A stretch of DNA of 64,000 bases from Thecamonas trahens ATCC 50062 (lineage: Eukaryota; Protista; Apusomonadida): positions 221,057 to 285,056 of the forward strand of contig NW_013657632.1 in assembly GCF_000142905.1 (NCBI RefSeq), given 5' to 3'. The notes below the pieces were generated by a model. It did no database searches. It had not been told where the DNA came from and worked only from the letters and a program-made list of their open reading frames with translations. Positions 10,072 to 20,835 of the stretch are shown here, piece by piece; the stretch's first letter is position 1; every line of letters begins with the position of its first letter. The translations under genes were made by a program, and so were the position numbers.

Positions 10072-11988
10072 ATGGGAAATCCGTCAGCAAACCGTGTCCG
10101 CCCCGAAGAACAGCAGGAGGCCGCCGCGAGCTCGTCAAGGGCCCGGGCCGGGAGCTCGTCAAGCTCCTCGGGCGCGTCGTCCGACTCGTCCGATGATGTC
10201 ATGACGTCCAAGCCGCGCGAGTCGCAGGCTGCTATCACCCGCCGCCTGCTCGCCGAAAAGACCGTGGCCGATGTGGAGAACCCGGACGATCCGCTGGAGA
10301 ACCTCGACTTTGTTGAGGACGTCGAAGAGTCGGAGCACTTTGTCAAGCTCCACGAGCACGAAGGCCTGCTCGAGGGCCTCATCCGGCTCGATCCCGACCT
10401 GGTCTCCAGCTACTCGGGCCGCCGGCGGTACTTTAAGCGCAAGCGCGTCCCTCCGGGCCACGTCGGCCTCGGTGACAACGCCTCGCGGACCATGTTCTTC
10501 CGCCCGGGCTCGTACACACGCATCGGCCTCGGGCGCAAGCTCCCCTCGCACGCCGTGGCGCCCATTCCGGGGCCCGGCGGGCGGCTCAACCACGGCGACA
10601 TCACGTACGCGCACCTGCGCGACGACCAGGTTGCCGTCCTCAACATCGGCGATGAGTCGCACATCATCGGCAAGGGCCGGTACATCATCCGCACGCCCAA
10701 CCACCTCTCGGACTTTGTCTCGCTCCGCGAGCCGGGCGACCTCGAGTTCAAGAACATCATCCGCGAGTCACAGGAGATGATTGATGGCGAGCTTGTCGAC
10801 CGCCGAGTCGAGGACCGCGAGGGCGCCGGCTTCCGCATCTCGGTCGGCTCGGTCCAGTTCCTCCGTGCCGAGCCGGGCTACGTCTGGGCCGTCCAGCGTG
10901 GTGACGGCCACGTCCGGACCGGCGAGGGCGTCACCGCCGTTCGCCGTGACGAGAAGTTTATCGACTGGCTCAACTCGCAGATGACCACCCGCACCACCGA
11001 CGTCAAGGTCTACCTCACCGCCGACGTCGAGGAGGCGCAGATCAAGCTCCAGCTCCAGTGGCGGCTTCGCGACGGCAACCTCTGGGTCCGCCAGTGCAAG
11101 GCCTTTGAGGACCCGTTCGACTACTTTGAGGAGAAGCTCGACTCGCTCGTCCAGGACGAGATCGGCAGCTACTGCAAGTCGGAGCTCGAGCAGCAGCGGC
11201 TGGTCAAGTTTGACGAGTTTGAGGCCCACGTTCGCCCCGCGCTTGGCGCTGCCGGCGAAGCCGTCGGCGTCCGCCTCCTCTCCATCGAGGTTCGCCACCT
11301 CCGCTTCCCGGTTGCCGACCGCATTGAGCGTGAGCGCCGGCTGCACGAGGCCCAGGCACTGCGCAACCAGCGCGAGCACGACCACCAGACCCAGCTCAAG
11401 CGCCAGGAGTTGGCCCAGATCGCAGAGGCCGCAGAGGCCGAGCTCTCGCGCGAGCAGAATGCTGCCCGCCGCGAGGCCGAAATCGCTGCCGTCCGCGACG
11501 AGCGTGAGCTCGCAAAGGTCGAGGCCGAGTCGGCCCGCTCCCGCCGCGAGATGGAGGCAGAGCAGGAGCGCGTCCGCATTCAGGGTGAGACCCAGGTGAT
11601 CCAGGCCGAGAACGCCGCCGTCGTCGCCGCCGTCGAGCGCGAGAAGCGCGCAGAGGCCGAGCTCCGCATTGCCCGCCTCGAAGCCGAGGCCGAAATCGTC
11701 CGCGCAAACGCCGCCGCTGAAGCTGCCCTCAAGATGGCAAAGATCTTCTCCGAAAACCCCGAGTACCTCAAGTTCCGCGAGCTCGAGGTCCAGGCCACCA
11801 TCGAGCAGGCCCGCATCGCCGCCGTCGGCCGCTTTGCCGACAACCCCAACGCCCTCCTTCCGGCCACTCTTCAGCAGCAGGTCCTCCGCATGAACGGCGG
11901 CTTTGATCCGCGCGACCTCGTCATCTCGCCCATGGGTGTGCCGTACACCCAGGCAGCCTCCGCCCCACAGAACGGCGCGCGCTCGTAG
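10072..11988 (+). CDS. SPFH/Band-7 domain protein with C-terminal coiled coil (flotillin/vacuolin-like)
   Basis: MGN start. Band-7-like core (TRTTDVKVYLTAD...LQLQWRLRD...GVRLLSIEV) followed by an AEA-rich coiled coil and NPEYLKFRELE. Confidence 0.75.
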   Translation: MGNPSANRVRPEEQQEAAASSSRARAGSSSSSSGASSDSSDDVMTSKPRESQAAITRRLLAEKTVADVENPDDPLENLDFVEDVEESEHFVKLHEHEGLLEGLIRLDPDLVSSYSGRRRYFKRKRVPPGHVGLGDNASRTMFFRPGSYTRIGLGRKLPSHAVAPIPGPGGRLNHGDITYAHLRDDQVAVLNIGDESHIIGKGRYIIRTPNHLSDFVSLREPGDLEFKNIIRESQEMIDGELVDRRVEDREGAGFRISVGSVQFLRAEPGYVWAVQRGDGHVRTGEGVTAVRRDEKFIDWLNSQMTTRTTDVKVYLTADVEEAQIKLQLQWRLRDGNLWVRQCKAFEDPFDYFEEKLDSLVQDEIGSYCKSELEQQRLVKFDEFEAHVRPALGAAGEAVGVRLLSIEVRHLRFPVADRIERERRLHEAQALRNQREHDHQTQLKRQELAQIAEAAEAELSREQNAARREAEIAAVRDERELAKVEAESARSRREMEAEQERVRIQGETQVIQAENAAVVAAVEREKRAEAELRIARLEAEAEIVRANAAAEAALKMAKIFSENPEYLKFRELEVQATIEQARIAAVGRFADNPNALLPATLQQQVLRMNGGFDPRDLVISPMGVPYTQAASAPQNGARS

Positions 11989-12507
11989 CTGATGGCTCGT
12001 AGCTGATGGCCCGTAGCCTCCGTCGCCACAGCCGCCCATCTCCAGCTCACACTTTGCTCTTGCTCCTGCACATTTCCACAGCATAAACCCGCAAAAATGA
12101 CTTGAATCCATCGCGACGATGTGCGCCGCCCGAGTCGACAATCATCCGCCCACAATCGTCCGTCGTCGCACGCGAGACACCAATCGTCGGCGCTGGCCAC
12201 CACTCAACAACAGCAAAGAAACGAACATGGTATGCTCCTTCAGGAGAACGGCGCGCGCTCGTAGCTGATGGCCCGTAGCCTCCGTCGTCACAGCCGTCCA
12301 TCTCCAGCTCACACTTTGCTCTTGCTCCTGCACATTTCCACAGCATAAACCCGCAAAAATGACTTGAATCCATCGCGACGATGTGCCCGCCCGAGTCGAC
12401 AATCATCCGCCCACAATCGTCCGTCGTCGCACGCGAGACACCAATCGTTGGCGCTGGCCACCACTCAACAACATCAAAGAAACGAACATGGTATGCTCCT
12501 TCAGGAG
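11971..12507. repeat. Tandem duplication (~276 bp + ~261 bp) of the last SPFH codons and 3' flank
   Basis: 11971-12246 and 12247-12507 are near-identical, with a few substitutions and a 14-bp internal duplication in copy 1. Confidence 0.95.
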
Positions 12508-13046
12508 GTGAAGGGGGGGGGGGAGGGGGGGGGGGGGGGGAGGGGCTAACGAGGACCAGAAGAACACGGCTGTGGGAGAACGAGTACGTAGGGTTGCTCT
12601 TTTGGAGTTGCTCTCCCCGCAGTGGTCTTCATGAGTCTCTTCTGCATGCCGTGCAGCCGGGGCTGGCTACGTCTGGGCTGCGTGGCAACGATCACACGCG
12701 TCGGCGACGAGAGGGAGGTCAGGAGGGCGCAAGACCATGACCTTCACCTCGCCACCCTGGATGCAGAAAGCCACCAGGAGACCTACCCACTCGCATACAC
12801 ACGCAAGCAAGCATACTCCACTTGCTTGTGTCATAACTATCCCACCACCTTCTGCAATCGGTCCCCTCCTGCTCGCCTCGCCCATACCCTGCCGCTTGCC
12901 CCGGCTTCCCTTGTCGGCGTCCTCTCTTACCTTTCGCCTCGTTGGACACCTTTTTTTTAGGACTCACTTTTTTCGGCGGGTGGCTTTGGGGGGGGGGGGA
13001 CATGGTCACACCGACTATCCCTTGAACTGTACCATCCTCTGCATCA

Positions 13047-14623
13047 ATGTCATGTCTTGTCACGTCACTCACACAAACGGTACGAATGCGTTGGGGTTGG
13101 GGGTTTGGGGGGGGGGGGGACAGGCTGATACTACTGCCCCTGCGCCGCCGCTCCTTATCTCGGGCGGAGATGTTGTCAACGCGGATCAGACGTTCCGTGC
13201 GGACGTGCTCTGTGTGGATGGTGTGATTGCTGCCGTGGGCCTCGACCTGGATGTCCCCGAGGGAACGCAGGTTGTGGACGCGACCGGTCTGCTCGTGATG
13301 CCCGGAGGCGTGGACACGCACACGCATTGCCGGCTTCCGTTCATGTCGACGGTGGCGATCGACGACTTTGAGACCGGAACGCGCGGCGCGCTGTGCGGCG
13401 GCACAACGTCGATCATCGACTTTGTCATTCCGTCGCCCGGCCAGTCGATTCTGGCGGCGTTTGACCAGTGGCAGGAGTGGGCTGCAGACGCACAGTGCGA
13501 CTTTGGTTTCCATGTGGCGATTACGTGGTGGTCGGACCAGGTCGAGGAGGAGATGGGCATCCTGACGCGCGAGCGCGGTGTGGCGTCGTTCAAGCACTTC
13601 CTCGCGTACAAGGGTGCGCTCATGCTCGACGACGAGGCGCTGTACAACTCGTTCACCCGCGCCAAGGAGCTCGGCGCGCTCTGCACGGTCCACGCCGAGA
13701 ACGGCGAGATGGTGTACCGCGGGCAGATGAAGATGCTCGAGGCAGGAATCACCGGGCCCGAGGGCCACCCGTGGTCGCGCCCTGTCGAGTGTGAGGCGGA
13801 GGCCACCGACCGTGCGCTCCGCACCGGCGAGTTCATCAACACGCCGGTTTACATTGTCCACGTCTCGTGCAAGGAGGCCATGGACGTGGTGGCGCGCGCC
13901 AAGGCCGCCGGCCAGGTTTGCTACGCTGAGGTGCTTGCTGGCCATGCGACCATCGACGACTCGGTCTACTTCCAGGAGGACAAGCGCGCCGCCATGCACT
14001 ACGTCATGTCGCCGCCCTTCCGCCCGGCTGGCAACCCTGACGCGCTTATCAACGCGCTCGCCGCCGGCGTCGCCGACACCACCGCCACCGACAACTGCAC
14101 CTTCTGTACCGAGCAGAAGTCCATGGGCGCCGACGACTTTACCAAGATCCCCAACGGAACTGCCGGCATCGAGGACCGCATGTCGGTCCTCTTTGACCGC
14201 ATGGTAGTCCAGGGAGCCATCGACGTCAACAAGTTTGTGGCTGTGACTTCGACCAACGCCGCGCGCATCTTCAACATGTACCCGCGCAAGGGTGTCATCG
14301 CCGTCGGCTCGGACGCTGACATCTGCGTCATGGACCCCAACGCCAAGCGGGTCATCTCGGTCAACACCCACCACGTCAAGGTCGACTTTAACCCGTGGGA
14401 GGGCCGCGAGGTCACCGGCGTCCCGGCCTTTACCGTTTGCGCCGGCCGCCTCGTCTGGAAGGCCGTCATCGCTGACGGTGTCGCAGACTGGGCCGCTGGT
14501 GAGTTCTCCGGCGTCAAGGGCTCTGGCCGCTACATCGAGCGCCCGTGCTTTGGCCTGCCGTTCGAGACTGTCCCGGTCACCGACAAGCTCCGGGAGAAGC
14601 AGCCGATCCAGCGTGCCGAGTAA
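13047..14623 (+). CDS. DPYS: Dihydropyrimidinase (D-hydantoinase); predicted intron 13080-13123
   Basis: MPGGVDTHTH, GGTTSIIDF, SFKHF (carboxy-Lys), VHAENG, VHVS, TDNCTF and IPNGTAGIEDRM. ATG 13047 plus a GTACGA...CAG intron restores the frame. Confidence 0.93.
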
Positions 14624-15087
14624 CTCGCACATTCTTGCTCTTAAACTGTTTGTTTGCTCGTCGCCACTCTTCATCCGCCCATCTAGCGTCTCAACGCGTG
14701 CGAGCCACGTCCAGCTCAGCTTGAACAGCTCGTCCACAAACAAAGCCATTGCGGTGACATAGTAAACATCACCCGCCTTTTCGGTGATCTACAATTTCGA
14801 GTCCATCCCGCCGTCCCCTCGCCCATCCTCAACCTCCAGCCTTTGCGTCGCTCCTTCGCTTCCGTCTCCCACCTCACTCAAGACATAAAGCACACTACCT
14901 TCCACCTCCTTCTCCACTCTCCTCATCTGATACGTACTATCGCCTGTGATCGGGACTAATACCTCGCTTCACCGCCCACCACCTCGGGATCCGCCCACAG
15001 CTCAAGGGACCAACACGGCACTTGCCGGCGCGCCGACGCCGACGCCGAACGGCAGCACCACTCTTCTCCCACGCCCCGCACCCAGTC

Positions 15088-16605
15088 ATGGCCAACTACG
15101 GCGAGTGCTCGAGGGACGAACTGGTGGCACTACTCCAGCAGCGGGACGCTGAGCTGGCTGCCGTCCGGGCAGCGGGCGGACCAGCTGCTGTGCTCCCGGC
15201 TCTGGGCGCCGCCGCCGGGACTGCCCGCAAGAAGCGCAAACTGCTGAGCAACGACGCTGGATCGGGGACCGGCAGCGGAGGCGATGGAGAGGGGAGCGAC
15301 AGTGAACGGAAGCGCAAGGTTGCTGGCGGTGCGGCGAGTTCGGGCGGTGCGGCGAGTTCGGGCGGCGCGGCGAACGCGGGCGGCGCGGCGATGACGGGCA
15401 AGCAGAGCAAGAAGAGCAAGAAGAAGAAGCAAAAGGGCGGGCGGGCGTTTGTGTGGAACCGATTTGCAGTGCGGCAAGTGGCGCTCAAGGTGGCATACCT
15501 CGGATGGGATTACTACGGGCTGGCGCGGCAGGTCGAGGTGCGCGAGACGGTGGAGGAGCATCTGTTTGCGGCGCTGATCAAGACCAAGCTTGTGCCGTCG
15601 CTGGAAGAGGCCGGATACTCGCGGGCTGGCCGAACGGACAAGGGCGTGTCTGCCTTTGGGCAAGTTGTGGGCCTGCGGGTTCGGTCCAAGCTGCGGAGCG
15701 GGCCTGGCATTGTGGCGGTGCCGTCGGATGCGAGCGCGTTGGCCAAGCTTTCGGACGATGAGGCCGACGAAATTCCTTACGCGCACGTTCTCAACCGGGT
15801 CCTTCCGCCACGAATTCGTGTTGTGGCGTGGGCGCCGGTCTCGATCACCTTTGACGCGCGGTTCTCTGCGCTGACGCGGACGTACCGCTACTTTTTCACC
15901 GCCGACGACCTCGATCTTGACGCCATGCGCGAGGCTGGGCGGCGGCTGGTTGGGCGGCACGACTTTCGCAACTTTTGCAAGATGGACTGGAAGAACGTGT
16001 CCAACTTTGTGCGCGATGTGCTTGAGTTTGACATTGTGCCTGTGCCTGCCTTTTCGCACGATGAGGGCGAGGCCGAGGCCTCTGGCGCGCGGTTCACCAA
16101 GCGGTACAAGGGCTACTACTTTCACATCAAGGGCTACGCCTTTCTCTGGCACCAAGTTCGATGCATGGTGGCGGTCCTGTTCATGGTCGGCCGCGGCGAC
16201 GAGTCGCCGGACATTGTCACCTGGCTCCTCGAGTCGGCCTCCGAGTCGTCTGGTCGTCCGCAGTACCTGATGGCATCCGAGATCCCTCTCGTCCTCTACG
16301 ACGTCGAGTTCGAGGATCTGCCGCTTCGCTACGAGCCTGGTGCGCTGGGTACCGTCCTCACAGCGTGGGAGTCCATGCTGCAGGAGCATGCCATCAAGGC
16401 CATGACGCTGGCCACCATGACCACGTCGCTGGTGACGGGCGTGCAGGTGACTGGGACCGAGGCCAACTGGGAGGCGTATGCGCGCGCCGAAGGTGTCTCG
16501 ATCCTGGGGCCTCACTCAAAAGCCTCTGAGAAGCACCGTCCGCTTCGGGACCGCGGCCGAGGCTTGTCATTTAAGGAGCACTGGCGTCGCGAGGGTGGCA
16601 AGTAG
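15088..16605 (+). CDS. PUS3: tRNA pseudouridine(38/39) synthase, TruA family
   Basis: ALKVAYLGWDYYG, AGRTDKGVSA (catalytic Asp), HDFRNFCKMD and AFLWHQVRCM. Confidence 0.92.
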   Translation: MANYGECSRDELVALLQQRDAELAAVRAAGGPAAVLPALGAAAGTARKKRKLLSNDAGSGTGSGGDGEGSDSERKRKVAGGAASSGGAASSGGAANAGGAAMTGKQSKKSKKKKQKGGRAFVWNRFAVRQVALKVAYLGWDYYGLARQVEVRETVEEHLFAALIKTKLVPSLEEAGYSRAGRTDKGVSAFGQVVGLRVRSKLRSGPGIVAVPSDASALAKLSDDEADEIPYAHVLNRVLPPRIRVVAWAPVSITFDARFSALTRTYRYFFTADDLDLDAMREAGRRLVGRHDFRNFCKMDWKNVSNFVRDVLEFDIVPVPAFSHDEGEAEASGARFTKRYKGYYFHIKGYAFLWHQVRCMVAVLFMVGRGDESPDIVTWLLESASESSGRPQYLMASEIPLVLYDVEFEDLPLRYEPGALGTVLTAWESMLQEHAIKAMTLATMTTSLVTGVQVTGTEANWEAYARAEGVSILGPHSKASEKHRPLRDRGRGLSFKEHWRREGGK

Positions 16606-16621
16606 CCGGCGGGCACGGCTT

Positions 16622-18631
16622 TCAGCGCCGGCCCGAGGCCGAACGGGAGGTCCTTGCCCGAGATTTGCTCGGCTTGCGCACGCGGACGCGCGAGGTCGAG
16701 CGTGAGGTCGAGCGCGAGGTTGAGCGAGCCGAGCGGGCTGATGAGCGAGCCGAGCGCGAGAGCGGCGAGCGTCTCGAGGACTTGCGCGCCTTTTCGATGG
16801 CGAGCCTGTTGAGGCCCGACATGGAGGCCGAGGCGCGCAGGCCCGTACGCGAGCGGCGGCTCTCGATGCTGTCACTCCCAAACTGCGAGCTGGCGACACG
16901 GCGGAAGGCCGAGGAGCGCGAAGTGTGGGTCGAGCGGCGAACGCGGCGCGGCTTGCGGGACAAAAGCGTCACCGTTGCCGAAGAAGTCGAGGCCGAAAGC
17001 GTGTACGAGTCCGAGTCTGTGATAGAGTTAGAGTTGTAGCCAGAGCCCGAGGACGACGAGGACGACGAGGTGCCGCCTGTAGTGGTGGCGGCAGCTGTGG
17101 CAGTGGCGGTAACGGACGAGTCGGACGAGCGGCGCCGCGAGCGCGAGGCGGCGTGAAGGACCGACGTCCGCCTCCGCTGCTCCTTGGTAGGCGATGAAAC
17201 ATTGTCAAGGAGTCTGCGCGGGAGGAGGTCGCCCTTGTGGTGGCGGACATACATTGAGTGGTCTTCGGGATTGGCGAGCTTGATGGTGGCCTCGAGGCGG
17301 ACCTCGGGTTCCATGTGCTCCATGCGAAGTGAGCGGACAGCAGCGATGTAGCCCTCGGCGTCAGTGAGGGGCAGCCTCCGCCACGACATGTCGTCCTCGC
17401 GCGGATCATGTGGGAGCTCGTACTTGTCGCGCGGATGGGCCTCAAGGTCTTCTAGGTCGACCGCGGTGGTCGACGCGCCTGCTGTCGACGAGGCTGATGA
17501 TGAGCCCGCGCCTGACGATGACGACGATGACGACGACGATGCTGATGACGAGCCAGAGCATGACGATGAACCGAGGGCGGCGCGCTCGGCCTGAAGCGTT
17601 TTGAGCTCGTCGAGCTTGCGGCGTGCGCGCTGCTGGACGAGGCGGCGGAACATGGCCTCGAGAGTCTCGTAGGCGCGATCGCCGCGCGAGTGCGGCGGCT
17701 TGGCCTTGGCCTTGCGGAAGCGGGAGCGGGGGCGGGAGCGGGAGCGTGCGCTGCGGCTGGAAGCTGATGCGCTGGGCTCAGCGGCGGCGCGGTAGGCGGC
17801 CTTGGACATGAGCTTGCGGGCGACAGCGTCGACCTTGGGGTGCGCAGTGAGGAGGTCGTCGACCGAGGGCCGGACATGCGGGTCCTTACGGAGCATGGCG
17901 GTGATGAGGCCGGCAAAGGCGTCTGAAAAGTGGCGCGGGATGGCGCGCGGGCGGTCCTTGACAATGGACTTCATCTGCGACTTGAGGGTAGAACCTTCAA
18001 AGGGGAAGCGAAAGGTGGCGAGGCGGTAGAGGACGACGCCGAGGGCCCAGACATCATTCTTGGGCCCGTATGGCTTGCCACGGCAGACTTCGGGCGAGAG
18101 GTACGATGGCGTGCCGACGGTGGTCTCGGCCTTGGACAATGCGCGGGAGAGAATGGTGGTTGCGCCAAAGTCGCCGATCTTGATGGTCTTGTCCTTGGCG
18201 AGAAAGATGTTGCCCGGTTTGAGGTCGCGGTGCAGGACCTTGCGGTCGTGCATGTGCTTGAGACCGAGGAGCATCTGAGCAAACCACTTGACAAGCTTGG
18301 CCTCTGTGTAGTACTCGGCGTGCTTGCGGAGCTTGCGCGAGATCTCTCGGGCAAGATCCCCTCGGGCGGCGTACTCCATGACGATGTACAGTTGATTGTC
18401 ATCAGTCCAAGCCTCCTCAAAGGCAATGATGTTGGGGTGTGCCATCGAGGCGAGGACAGAGACCTCCGACATGGCATGCTTGGCCGACTTTGCACCAAAC
18501 AACTTCATCTCCATCTCCTTCATCACAAACACAGCTCCATCACTCTGCCTGCGGACCTTCCAGATCACTCCCGACACGCCTCGTCCGACACGCCCCACCA
18601 CCCGATAGCCCTGCGCTTCGGGGCTCTCCAT
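16622..18631 (-). CDS. NIMA-related (NEK) Ser/Thr kinase with Ser/Arg-rich tail
   Basis: HPNII, HRDLKPGNIF, KIGDFG, VGTPSYLSPEVC and DVWALG. Confidence 0.92.
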   Translation of the reverse strand: MESPEAQGYRVVGRVGRGVSGVIWKVRRQSDGAVFVMKEMEMKLFGAKSAKHAMSEVSVLASMAHPNIIAFEEAWTDDNQLYIVMEYAARGDLAREISRKLRKHAEYYTEAKLVKWFAQMLLGLKHMHDRKVLHRDLKPGNIFLAKDKTIKIGDFGATTILSRALSKAETTVGTPSYLSPEVCRGKPYGPKNDVWALGVVLYRLATFRFPFEGSTLKSQMKSIVKDRPRAIPRHFSDAFAGLITAMLRKDPHVRPSVDDLLTAHPKVDAVARKLMSKAAYRAAAEPSASASSRSARSRSRPRSRFRKAKAKPPHSRGDRAYETLEAMFRRLVQQRARRKLDELKTLQAERAALGSSSCSGSSSASSSSSSSSSGAGSSSASSTAGASTTAVDLEDLEAHPRDKYELPHDPREDDMSWRRLPLTDAEGYIAAVRSLRMEHMEPEVRLEATIKLANPEDHSMYVRHHKGDLLPRRLLDNVSSPTKEQRRRTSVLHAASRSRRRSSDSSVTATATAAATTTGGTSSSSSSSGSGYNSNSITDSDSYTLSASTSSATVTLLSRKPRRVRRSTHTSRSSAFRRVASSQFGSDSIESRRSRTGLRASASMSGLNRLAIEKARKSSRRSPLSRSARSSARSARSTSRSTSRSTSRVRVRKPSKSRARTSRSASGRR

Positions 18632-19468
18632 GGGTATGGGGTTAGGGTTGGGGAAAGAGCACGGGGGAGGTAGGTAGGAACGGGGTGGGTCTGTGGTTGG
18701 TGATCTCGGGAGAGAGACAGCACTTGGCCTTGGCTTTGGCCGTGGTGGTGGTCTCGGGGTCTGCCCGTAATGGGGGAGCGGCTGTGGTGTGGCCTGTCGG
18801 CTGACCCGCTTTGATGGCGGCTGGCGCCACCCCCCCCCCCCCCCACCCCCACCCTTTTCGGACGATCAACCGATTCCACCACACACCTCATCATCCACCA
18901 TCACCGATTGCAGCATCCTGGATGGGTCTGCTCTTAGGTCGCGGATGTGTCGTCAGGTCACTTATTGGGCATGTCTGATCGCTTCGTTCCAGACCCCACC
19001 CTCCGTGAGCTCGCCCGATCAGCCCACCTTCATCACCACCTAGCTCCCACCCACCACCAGCTACGCAATCCACGACCACACTCACGGCCATCACACGCCC
19101 CACACTAGCCCCATTTCCAGTATCGCCATCACCCATACCCATCGGCCCCGGCTCACTTTGGCCATGACTTCCCCTCCCCTCCCCTCTCCCCCCCCCTCCC
19201 CCCCCCTCCCCCCCGGCAGATTACACCATGGTGATGACCATCATCACCCGCACCCCTCAGTAGTGGGCGGGCATGTATGACGATGGCCACCACCGCGCCC
19301 CCAAACCAATTGGGATGTCTGATCACTTCGTTCCAGACGAAGGTCTCTCCCAGGTCTTTGACCAGCACGCAAAGACGCTTGTGCGATGGTCACGTGCAGG
19401 ACGAGACAGGAGGAGGCTGTGGCAGAGGGGATCACCTCTCCCCCAGCCAACAACCGCACTGCACAAAC

Positions 19469-20569
19469 ATGTGCCAGTGCACGCCGGCAGTCAAGGACGG
19501 ACGACGATACGTAGAGTGGATGGGAGTGGTGTTCCGGGCATGCGCGTACAGCCCGCTGGAGCAGGCGGCGTTGCTACTCGGCATGGCCAACATCCTCATC
19601 TGGCTCTACGCACAGGCGCCACAGCTGTATCGCAACTATCGCAATGGTGGTGTTGAGGCTCTCTCCTTCAAGTTCCTCGCCGCATGGGTCCTCGGTGATG
19701 TGGCCAATCTTGTCGGCTGCATCTACACACATCAGCTGCCGATGCAGCTCTACACCGCCATCTACTTTTGCGCCATGGACACCCTCATGATCTCCCAGTA
19801 TGCCTACTACCGCATCCGCGCGTACAACAAGGACAAGGCCGAGCGTGATCAGGATGCTCTCGAGTCGCGCTCGCTCATCCAGGACTCGCCGGCCTTCAAT
19901 CCCTACTCGTCGTCGTCTCATGCCGCATCGGTGGCCGTCATGGCACTCGTCCTCGGTCTCACTATTTCCACCGGTGCTCTCCTCCCTGCCGCTGCTCTGC
20001 CTGCGACGTCAGATCTAAGCTCGGCTCTAGAGCCCGCAGACATGGTGCCCGGCCGCATCCTGCTCGCTGCCGCCGCGCCTACCAACGCCACCGCCCCCGT
20101 GGGCAAGTCTTGCCTCATCGCATCCAGCGGGAGCCACATCCAGTACATCATCGGCATTGTCGTTGCGTGGATCTCGGGCCTGCTCTACTTTTATGCTCGC
20201 ATCCCACAGATCTTGCTCAACGCCAAGCGCAAGCGGACCGAGGGCCTTTCCACCATCATGTTTGTCTCGACGTTTTCAGCGAACACCTGCTACGCGCTCT
20301 CGGTCCTGCTCACCGGCCCGGACTTTAAGTCGTCGCACTTTTGGGCCGCCACCTCGTCGTTTCTCGTCGGCACCATCGGCGTCCTTTTCGAGTCGTCCAT
20401 CATTCTCTTCCAGATGTGGATCTACCGCAACAACAATGCTGAGCTCTTCGAGTCCATCAACTCGGTTTCAGACACGTCATCTGTCGCTGGTGCCATCTCC
20501 TACAAGGGCCGCCTCTACTCATCGGCTAACCCTTGGCCGTACTCTGGCCACATGTTCAAGTCTGTGTGA
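19469..20569 (+). CDS. PQ-loop lysosomal/vacuolar amino-acid transporter (PQLC2/Ypq-like)
   Basis: Two PQ loops (AQAPQLYRNY; ARIPQILLN...TEGLS) and GDVANLVGC. Likely start MCQC at 19469. Confidence 0.88.
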   Translation: MCQCTPAVKDGRRYVEWMGVVFRACAYSPLEQAALLLGMANILIWLYAQAPQLYRNYRNGGVEALSFKFLAAWVLGDVANLVGCIYTHQLPMQLYTAIYFCAMDTLMISQYAYYRIRAYNKDKAERDQDALESRSLIQDSPAFNPYSSSSHAASVAVMALVLGLTISTGALLPAAALPATSDLSSALEPADMVPGRILLAAAAPTNATAPVGKSCLIASSGSHIQYIIGIVVAWISGLLYFYARIPQILLNAKRKRTEGLSTIMFVSTFSANTCYALSVLLTGPDFKSSHFWAATSSFLVGTIGVLFESSIILFQMWIYRNNNAELFESINSVSDTSSVAGAISYKGRLYSSANPWPYSGHMFKSV

Positions 20570-20835
20570 TTAAACAGCCTCACCCTTCCCACCTGACCTG
20601 CCGCCTTGAGCCGCCCACTCCCTGACCCGGCAGCCCCAGCTCCCAGCACAGCCCCCACTCCCCACTCCCGCACTCACCACCCCGCCCACAACCCACTTCA
20701 CCGCACTCCTCCAGTGCCCCCCCCCCCTCCCCCTCTCCCCCTCCCCCCTTCCCCACATTCCGCCCCCCTCTCCTCCCCCTCCCCCTCCCCCCTCCCCTCT
20801 CCCTCGCCCCCCGTTCCCCTCGGCTGATCCACACC

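Noticed and set aside
12719-14749. Long antisense and alternate-frame ORFs (e.g. 12719-14749, 4944-6665, 43854-45554, 50434-52125)
   Set aside because: They are shadows of real genes in high-GC sequence, Arg/Ala-rich and without recognisable motifs.
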